Of a stretch of 64,000 bases of DNA, positions 57,676 through 64,000 are shown one piece after another. Source of the DNA: Sedimentisphaerales bacterium (GTDB taxonomy: Bacteria; Planctomycetota; Phycisphaerae; Sedimentisphaerales; Anaerobacaceae); contig DATLBB010000074.1 in NCBI GenBank assembly GCA_035527155.1, forward strand, positions 1,029-65,028, in the 5' to 3' direction. Below the pieces are notes generated by a model that saw nothing but the letters and a program-made list of their open reading frames with translations, ran no database searches and was not told where the DNA came from. Numbering within the stretch: position 1 is the first letter of the stretch; each line of letters begins with the position of its first letter. Position numbers and translations under genes: made by a program.

Positions 57676-60543
57676 ATGGGTCGAAATACAAAATTAAAGC
57701 GTTCGCACCGCCAAAAGAAGAAAAAGAAGAAACAAATGATGAGACAGTCCCCCAGCTCCAGGAGAGGCTGTTTAGATAATGACGAAGTGCAATTTACCAT
57801 TTCCAAAGACGGTCAGATACACGTTAGAGCATCTGAAGGCAAACTGCCGAAATTTTTAGTCAAAGCGCAGGATGCCGTGAAGTCCGGTCGAATCGAAGAA
57901 GCTCGCGCTCTTATCACTGATGACAATATCGAAATTGTTCGTAAGATGATAAAGAAGGACCCCTCAAACATCGGTGCAATGTATATGCTTCCAGTGATTT
58001 TAGTTGCTCTCAGAAAGTTTAAAAAGGCAGAGGAATGGTACGAGAATATTCTAAAAATTAAGCCGAATTGGGCCGTGTATAATGAGCTGGCAAATATCAA
58101 CCGAAAGAAACAGCAATATGCAAAGGAATTGGAATATCGCCAGAAAGCCCTCGAGGAAAATCCTGATAGCGGTATTTTGCTCAATAACTATGGAATGCAC
58201 CTGCTCCGAATAGGTCGTACCGAAGAGGCCAAAGAAATATTGATAAAAGCAGTCGAAAAAACCGCTTTCAACCCCCTAGTTCATTCTAATCTGATATTGT
58301 ATATGCATTACCTGCCGGAAATAAACCGCAGCGAGCTTTTTGAAGAGCACAAGCACTGGGCCCGGGTTCAGGCTCCTGTAACTTTGGCAAGAACATCTCA
58401 CGACAATGTCCCCGACCCCGACCGCCGGCTTCAAATCGGTTACATCTCACCTGATTTTAATTCACATCCGGTCCCACATTTCTTTGAAATACTACTCGAC
58501 GAGCAGAATCACCAGGGGATAGAGATCTTTGGATATAGCAACGTTGACTACCCTGACGCAGTTACCGAACGTCTAAAATCAAAGCTCGACCACTTCCGAA
58601 ACATCTGGGGTGTTGACGACCAGAAGGTCGTCGATATGATTCAAAAGGACAAAATCGATATTTTGGTGGACCTTGCCGGCCACACGGGCAACAATCGTCT
58701 GCCTGTGCTGGCACACAAGCCGGCTCCAATCCAGGTTACTTACCTCGGATTTCCCGATACGACCGGAATGGAGCAGGTCGATTATCGTTTTACAGACGAA
58801 TTGGCCGACCCGCCTGAATCACAAAAATTTCACACTGAGGAACTTATCTATCTACCGGATGGCTTTCTCTGCTACAAACCTGTCGATTTTGCACCGCCGG
58901 TAGGACCTCTACCGGCACTCAAGAATGGTTATATCACCTTCGGCTCTTTTAATAATAACTGTAAGATAAACCCGCTTATTATAGCAATCTGGGCTGAAGT
59001 TCTAAAAGTAAATGAAAATTCCCGCTTTATAATCAAGTTCAGAGGTGGACAAGACAAAATGCTGCAGAATCATTATTACAGCGAGTTCGAAAAGCTTGGT
59101 ATCGACTCTGATAGGATAGAAATCCATGGCGGAAAAAAGCCTGTTGAACATCTGAATATGTACAACCAGATTGACATTGCCCTGGATACCTATCCTTACA
59201 ATGGTACGACAACAACTTTCGAGGCCTTATGGATGGGCGTACCCCTAATCTCGCTGGTCGGGCAGCATCACATGTCCAGAGTCGGGTTGACGATATTGAC
59301 CCGTTTTGGTATGGGGTTCCTGGCGACCTCGACGCCTCAGGAGTATGTTATCAGGGCCACTGCGCTTGCAGCGAAACGAGAGACCCTTGCAGAAATGCGC
59401 GCTATAATGCGAAGGACAATAGCCGGCGCTTCATTGTGCAATACAAACAGGTTCGTTAGAAATGTGGAAGCTGCCTATCGAGAAATGTGGCACCGATGGT
59501 GTCGAGGCCGCGGCGTTGAGGTTGCTGCTAAGCAAGTTACTTCGGATGACCAAAGCGGCAGTGCCGATGCAGAAATCCATTCTGTAACCTCCGTTGAGCC
59601 GGCCCCTGAACAGTTGGAGCAGAGGACACCGAGAAACTCATTAGAAAAGCCCCCTGTCCGTATCTTTCACAACCTTGCCCGCGCTGGGGGAACACTTGTC
59701 TGCAAGTGCCTGGGCTGTATGAACAACATAGTACTTTTGAGCGAAATTCATCCACTCGGCAGCGCATACTTCAATCCTGTAACGCAGGCCCACAAGTGGC
59801 ACAATCTTCTGACGACGGAGGATATCCACACCCTCAGCGAGAAGAAAAACGTCGATTTCGTTGAAGCTATCAGCCTCATTGAGAGCCGCTGCGCCGAGAC
59901 CGGACGGAGCCTCGTAATTCGCGACTGGGGACATCTTGACTTTATAGCCGTGCCCTTCCTCAAGCAGCCGGGATATAAAATGATGTTGGCCGATGCGATT
60001 AAACCTGCTTTTGAAGTCCTACAGCTCGCACTCGTGCGGCATCCCCTGGACCAGTGGCTCAGCTTGAGCAAGCTTGCGCTTATGCACGGGAAATTAACCG
60101 TTGAGATGTTCTTGCGGGGATACCTGAGGTTTGCCGAACACAGCGCCAGGATTGGGTTTGCCCGTTACGAAGACTTTACTTCCGAGCCTGCCTGGCAGAT
60201 GAAAATCATTTGTGAAAAACTGCAGCTTGATTTCGATGAGGACTTTATCAATAAATGGTACGATTATGAAAAAATCACCGGCGATACAGGGAAACAATCC
60301 CGCGGCGCAAAACTTGGTCTGATTCAACCGCTTCCACGGCTGCCGGTGCCGCCGGAGCTTCTAAAACATTTCCACAAAAACGACGACTACTGGCAGGCGA
60401 TAGAACTGCTTGGTTATCCGGACGCCGAACAAGGCATATCCTCTGCCCCACACACAACGATTTCAATAAGTGCACCGGCAGTCAGCTCTGCCGAGAAGAC
60501 AGCGGATAGGAACTCTCCGAGGAACAAAAGCAGCACCTTATGA
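57676..60543 (+). CDS. TPR + GT41 (SPY/OGT-like) glycosyltransferase + C-terminal sulfotransferase-like domain fusion
   Basis: TPR units at residues ~60-220. GT41-like IGYISPDFNSHPVPHFF...DILVDLAGHTGNNRLPVLAHKPAPIQVTYLGFPDTTGM...FGSFNNNCKINP...ALDTYPYNGTTTTFEALWMGVPLISL. The C-terminal ~300 aa carry PAPS-binding-like motifs HNLARAGGTLVCKCL (5'-PSB) and VRHPLDQWLS (RxPxDxxxS, 3'-PB). Confidence 0.8.
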   Translation: MGRNTKLKRSHRQKKKKKKQMMRQSPSSRRGCLDNDEVQFTISKDGQIHVRASEGKLPKFLVKAQDAVKSGRIEEARALITDDNIEIVRKMIKKDPSNIGAMYMLPVILVALRKFKKAEEWYENILKIKPNWAVYNELANINRKKQQYAKELEYRQKALEENPDSGILLNNYGMHLLRIGRTEEAKEILIKAVEKTAFNPLVHSNLILYMHYLPEINRSELFEEHKHWARVQAPVTLARTSHDNVPDPDRRLQIGYISPDFNSHPVPHFFEILLDEQNHQGIEIFGYSNVDYPDAVTERLKSKLDHFRNIWGVDDQKVVDMIQKDKIDILVDLAGHTGNNRLPVLAHKPAPIQVTYLGFPDTTGMEQVDYRFTDELADPPESQKFHTEELIYLPDGFLCYKPVDFAPPVGPLPALKNGYITFGSFNNNCKINPLIIAIWAEVLKVNENSRFIIKFRGGQDKMLQNHYYSEFEKLGIDSDRIEIHGGKKPVEHLNMYNQIDIALDTYPYNGTTTTFEALWMGVPLISLVGQHHMSRVGLTILTRFGMGFLATSTPQEYVIRATALAAKRETLAEMRAIMRRTIAGASLCNTNRFVRNVEAAYREMWHRWCRGRGVEVAAKQVTSDDQSGSADAEIHSVTSVEPAPEQLEQRTPRNSLEKPPVRIFHNLARAGGTLVCKCLGCMNNIVLLSEIHPLGSAYFNPVTQAHKWHNLLTTEDIHTLSEKKNVDFVEAISLIESRCAETGRSLVIRDWGHLDFIAVPFLKQPGYKMMLADAIKPAFEVLQLALVRHPLDQWLSLSKLALMHGKLTVEMFLRGYLRFAEHSARIGFARYEDFTSEPAWQMKIICEKLQLDFDEDFINKWYDYEKITGDTGKQSRGAKLGLIQPLPRLPVPPELLKHFHKNDDYWQAIELLGYPDAEQGISSAPHTTISISAPAVSSAEKTADRNSPRNKSSTL

Positions 60544-60674
60544 ACGAAACCGACGACTGGCTGGAAAGACACGGCTTCAAACTGTGAATTCAAAATGAGC
60601 AAAACCAGTATTCAATTATCCTATAAAACCTGCTGAAAGGAACATAAAAACAACGAAAAAGAAAGACAAAAACT

Positions 60675-61547
60675 ATGGATACAAGACAAAAGTTAAGGCA
60701 AATAATGAAAGATAACTTCGCCTATAAAAATGTAGTTGACAAGTATAAGGAAACTTTCGAGATGGATATCAAGAAATTGATAGGCCAGACTGATCCCGAC
60801 GTTGAAGGCTTCAAAGATTACGAAGAACAACGTGACTTATCGGTGAAATTTGCGTGGGGGCATAACCATGACTTTGGCAACTTTGCCCTCGAAGGCAAAA
60901 TGGCTGACAGACATATCGAAATCATTGCTGATTTTATAGACAACTTCGCCCTTCCGTACGATTTAAGCGGAAAGAAAGTCCTTGATGTCGGAGTATGGAC
61001 GGGCGGTACGAGTCTGATTCTTTCTGCATTAGGCGCAGAGGTCACAGCTCTGGAAGAAGTGGTAAAGTACTCAAATACGGTCAATTATCTTGCCTCTGCT
61101 TTTGGGATCTCAAATTTGGAATGCAAACCTCATTCCTTGTATGAACTGGATGTTAGTGACGCTTATGACTTTGTCATATATTCGGGAGTAATATATCACG
61201 TCTCAGACCCCATATTATCACTGCGTGTCTTGTTCAACTCTCTGAAGGATAACGGACGGATATTTGTTGAGACTTACGGTATGCCAGGCAATAGTGAAAA
61301 AGTACCAGTTTTACTGTTTCTCGGACCACAGTTCATAACAAAAGGCTCCAAAAAGGATTTGACTCGGAGTGGATGGAATTACTTTGTTCCATCTCCTGTC
61401 GTACTGTACCTGTGGGTGGCCACCGTTGGCTTTGATGATATAACGGTCGGTAATCTCGATTCTTTCAAGCGAATCAAGTGCGCTGCCACTCGACATCAGC
61501 ATAAGGATATGTTGCGAGCAGGATTGTCTCGACCTAACATCCGATAA
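60675..61547 (+). CDS. Class I SAM-dependent methyltransferase
   Basis: Motif I KVLDVGVWTGGTSLILSALGAEVTALE, followed by YDFVIYSGVIYHVSDP. Confidence 0.8.
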   Translation: MDTRQKLRQIMKDNFAYKNVVDKYKETFEMDIKKLIGQTDPDVEGFKDYEEQRDLSVKFAWGHNHDFGNFALEGKMADRHIEIIADFIDNFALPYDLSGKKVLDVGVWTGGTSLILSALGAEVTALEEVVKYSNTVNYLASAFGISNLECKPHSLYELDVSDAYDFVIYSGVIYHVSDPILSLRVLFNSLKDNGRIFVETYGMPGNSEKVPVLLFLGPQFITKGSKKDLTRSGWNYFVPSPVVLYLWVATVGFDDITVGNLDSFKRIKCAATRHQHKDMLRAGLSRPNIR

Positions 61548-61632
61548 TTTCACAGCGGACCAACAACCGCTTTATTTTGTCGAGATGGAAAAACTCATCC
61601 CTGACATCGACCACACCGCCGACTGCCTCCTA

Positions 61633-61780
61633 AGACACGGCTGCGAACTGTGAATTCAAAATGACAGGCCGGATTGACGGCGACGTTGAAGGCTTCAAAG
61701 ATTACGAAAAAGAACGCGACCAACCGGAGGAATTTACCCGGGGGCATAACCATAACTTTGGCGCCTTTGCCCTCGAAGGG
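61633..61780 (+). pseudogene. Truncated duplicate of the methyltransferase 5' region
   Basis: Junction AGACACGGCTGCGAACTGTGAATTCAAAATGA matches 60567-60598. The 28-nt run CGACGTTGAAGGCTTCAAAGATTACGAA is identical to 60797-60824. GGGGGCATAACCATAACTTTGGCGCCTTTGCCCTCGAAGG matches 60856-60895. The reading frame runs into the convergent GT1 gene and lacks the methyltransferase core. Confidence 0.5.
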
Positions 61781-61801
61781 GAAACGGGAGCGCACGAGAA
61801 A

Positions 61802-62860
61802 TCACCGATGAAGCTTTCTTTTCTTCCATTTCCGACGGGCGGTCTCAATGGAGCGCAGGAAAGCCTCTTTGAAACCGGTCATTGAGAAACGCTCTATAGC
61901 GGTCTTTCGGGCCTCTTTGCCCATCATTGTCGCCAAAATCCTGTCTTCGAGCAACATACCGGCATATTTGCGCAATTCAGCAGGGTCGTCGCTGAGGAAA
62001 CCACTTATGCCGTGTTTGATAGGCGAAGTGGGATGCCGGTTGCCTAAAACGGGCATCCCCGCAGCCATCGCCTCTACTGTGGCCATATTGTATCCGTCTT
62101 CAAGCTCCGGATTAGCAGTATGGATGTAAAATCGATGAGACTGCAATGTCCTTTTCAGATGGTCCCAACTATTAGCAGCTCTAACACCTCGCATATCCGG
62201 ATTGTGCCCGACTATCCGTACCGGTATCCCATCAAATGCCTTTTCGTGAAGGTCCCATAATAAATACTGTTTGCGTATCTGAATAAAATTGGAAATGCGA
62301 AGACCGCTGGCTATCTCCCCGGAATACGGCAGATAATCGTCCGGGTCACTCCCAACGGGCACGATGTCCTCGGTAAAACCCCACAATTTGCCCTTCAACA
62401 TAGAGACAGCCACTACATGGCCGCCGACTAATTTCAGGTATTTATGCAGCGTCTCTTTCAGAGTTTGCGGTGCATCATCAGAACCTTCTTCCATCGCGCA
62501 TCCCTCGAGCGTGGAGTGAACGACCATAAGCCGGGGCTCGGGTCTGTGTTTAATATCAAGCAAGTCAGTTGTGCTGTGGGTTATGATACAATAGTAGCTC
62601 GTTTGTGACTGCTGCGCTTCCTGTAAAGTGATTAACCGTGAATTGGGCGGCACCGGCCTCATCTGCTCATCCCAGGTTGGTTTGTATCGGCCTTTAAGCC
62701 CTACGATTATATCGAGGTCATATCCCAAAACCCTGAGCTGATATACCCATGCCTCATAACAATTAAATACAAGCAGCGTCCGCCGAGAGGCGTCCTCCCG
62801 AGAGGGACACCCCTTGGTGCTTTCGGGACTTTTTTGAGTTTGTGTTTCCTGTTTCCGCAT
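61802..62860 (-). CDS. GT-B (GT1/GT4-type) glycosyltransferase
   Basis: C-terminal signature RFYIHTANPELEDGYNMATVEAMAAGMPVLGNRHPTSPIKHGISGFLSDD. Confidence 0.85.
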   Translation of the reverse strand: MRKQETQTQKSPESTKGCPSREDASRRTLLVFNCYEAWVYQLRVLGYDLDIIVGLKGRYKPTWDEQMRPVPPNSRLITLQEAQQSQTSYYCIITHSTTDLLDIKHRPEPRLMVVHSTLEGCAMEEGSDDAPQTLKETLHKYLKLVGGHVVAVSMLKGKLWGFTEDIVPVGSDPDDYLPYSGEIASGLRISNFIQIRKQYLLWDLHEKAFDGIPVRIVGHNPDMRGVRAANSWDHLKRTLQSHRFYIHTANPELEDGYNMATVEAMAAGMPVLGNRHPTSPIKHGISGFLSDDPAELRKYAGMLLEDRILATMMGKEARKTAIERFSMTGFKEAFLRSIETARRKWKKRKLHR

Positions 62861-63110
62861 ATATTGCCTGGACTATACCTGCTTGGAGCGGTCTGAGCAA
62901 GAATTATCCTTAATTGTTGTCAAAAGCGGTGTATAAATAAGGAAGTATTTACGTCCGGTAAAACTATAAAATTGGGAATTTGCGAAGTCGGCTTATTTTC
63001 GTGATTTTTTGGTTTTTTTGCCATTTTTAGCAGCTTCCCTGCAAATCATCCCGATTTCATCAGGATTATAGGTCTTATGATTTTGTAGCCCTTTTCTATT
63101 AACAAATTCC

Positions 63111-63137
63111 TAAAGTCGTCTCTTTCCTGACCGATAA
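63111..63137 (+). promoter_or_regulatory. Sigma-28 promoter upstream of flagellin
   Basis: TAAA-N15-ACCGATAA against TAAA-N15-GCCGATAA. 113 nt upstream of ATG 63250. Confidence 0.7.
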
Positions 63138-63249
63138 TGGGTATTGACAGTAAAGCTTTATGGCGTGTTCGTTGCACGTTAGATGTAAGTAAATTGGGGA
63201 TTTGACAAAGCCAATAGAGTGTTAGCTATTTTTTTAAGGAGTCAGAAAT

Positions 63250-64000
63250 ATGTTAGCAATTAAGAACAACCTTATGGCGGCAAATGCTGCAAGGCACCTG
63301 GGTAGAAGCTATGATGCCCTTGCCAAATCGGTCGAAAGGCTGTCGTCAGGCTTGCGCATAAACAGTGCCAAGGACGATGCAGCCGGCCTGGCTGTGCGAG
63401 AGCTGCTTCGCGCCGACATCGCTGTGCTCAACCAGGCGGGGCGAAACGCCGCCGACGGCATCAGCATGCTTCAGACGGCCGAAGGTGCAATGTCCGAGGT
63501 CGACAGCATTCTTATTCGTATGAAGGAGCTGGCAGAGCAGGCCTCAACAGGGTCATACTCTTCACCCCAGCGGACGATTATGAACGATGAGTATGCTCAG
63601 TTGTCCCTGGAGATCACCCGGATTGCCGAGAGTACCGACTTTAATGAGAACCAACTGCTGAACTCAACCACGGGCATTGACATCCACGTCGGTAGCACCG
63701 ACATGATCACCGTCACGCCGGAGTTGATGACCGCCACTGGACTTACCGTCGGTACCACGGCGGCAATCAAGGAAACCCACACTCACAATCACAGTGTCGC
63801 CTCGGCTGATGACCTCTATATATCAATCGCCGAATTCGGTGGAACTGGAACGGATGAGTTCGAGTTCCGGTTCGGCACACTTACCACAGAGACTTCTGCG
63901 ATAATCAATATTGACCTTGATGCATATGCGGCCACAGGTATTACCCTCAACGAGTTGGTCGAGGAAATCAACGACGCGGTGGAAGCTGATGGCACGCGTT
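63250..64000 (+). CDS. fliC: Flagellin, partial (3' end runs off the window)
   Basis: Absent from the ORF track because there is no stop in the window. AAGGAG lies 8 nt upstream. MLAIKNNLMAANAARHLGRSYDALAKSVERLSSGLRINSAKDDAAGLAVRELLRADIAVLNQAGRNAADGISMLQTAEGAMSEVDSILIRMKELAEQA is a classic flagellin D0/D1 N-terminus. Confidence 0.9.
   Translation, partial: MLAIKNNLMAANAARHLGRSYDALAKSVERLSSGLRINSAKDDAAGLAVRELLRADIAVLNQAGRNAADGISMLQTAEGAMSEVDSILIRMKELAEQASTGSYSSPQRTIMNDEYAQLSLEITRIAESTDFNENQLLNSTTGIDIHVGSTDMITVTPELMTATGLTVGTTAAIKETHTHNHSVASADDLYISIAEFGGTGTDEFEFRFGTLTTETSAIINIDLDAYAATGITLNELVEEINDAVEADGTR

Noticed and set aside
60540-61653. The two micro-ORFs ending RHG(F/C)(K/E)L considered as RiPP-type precursor peptides for the neighbouring methyltransferase, glycosyltransferase and sulfotransferase
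   Set aside because: They are only 15 and 22 codons long. Their similarity is explained by the segmental duplication. No leader/core organisation or dedicated RiPP enzymes (radical SAM, cyclodehydratase, protease or transporter) are present.
61661-61885. 74-aa ORF called as a gene
   Set aside because: Its first 40 residues duplicate the methyltransferase N-terminal region. The rest is the antisense of the GT1 gene's 3' end. It lacks the SAM-binding core, so it is treated as a pseudogene fragment.
1-64000. Mobile genetic elements, prophage, integrons, toxin-antitoxin or defence systems
   Set aside because: No transposase, integrase, recombinase, phage structural, Cas or restriction-type sequences were recognised in any of the listed ORFs. 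The only mobile-looking features are the 20-45-nt hairpin words.

Overview
This window is almost entirely a flagellar regulon of a diderm bacterium (L- and P-ring genes are present). GC looks mid-range by eye. The taxon cannot be determined from sequence alone. All family assignments come from reading the translations by eye; no search was run.

Layout:
- 1-7300: a CheX/CheC-like gene running off the left edge, a small membrane protein, a CBS-pair protein, a 1097-aa GLUG-repeat surface protein, a zinc-ribbon protein and an HPP-family membrane protein.
- 7400-22650, minus strand: flgM, four unknown genes, fliA, a 99-aa membrane protein, flhA, fliN, fliM, fliL, a sigma-54 activator, two TPR proteins, and a second sigma-54 activator.
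- 23250-41150, plus strand: flgD, flgE, a PilZ/YcgR-like gene, flgF, flgG, flgA, flgH, flgI, flgJ (rod-binding domain only), flgN-like, flgK, flgL, a TPR-glycosyltransferase operon, and fliD.
- 41180-55350, minus strand: flgB, flgC, fliE, fliF, two tandem fliG genes, fliH, fliI, fliJ, a ylxF/MotE-like gene, motA, two tandem motB genes, then fliO, fliP, fliQ, fliR, flhB.
- 55870-64000: fliK, a TPR-GT41-sulfotransferase fusion, a methyltransferase, a GT1 glycosyltransferase, and a flagellin gene running off the right edge.

Regulation: seven GGCA(C/T)-N5-TTGC sigma-54 promoter matches and three sigma-28 promoter matches sit in intergenic DNA facing flagellar operons.

Most interesting observations:
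- Rotor and stator parts are duplicated in tandem (two FliG, two MotB). One FliG copy has lost its acidic torque-helix pair.
- Unknown lipoprotein and TPR genes are embedded in sigma-54/sigma-28 flagellar operons.
- A TPR-GT41-sulfotransferase fusion lies next to flagellin.
- FlgL and FliD share an inserted module.
- The FliK ruler carries a 105-bp tandem duplication.
- Several families of short hairpin 'words' are inserted in frame into flagellar proteins.

No rRNA, tRNA, CRISPR array or transposase/integrase was seen.
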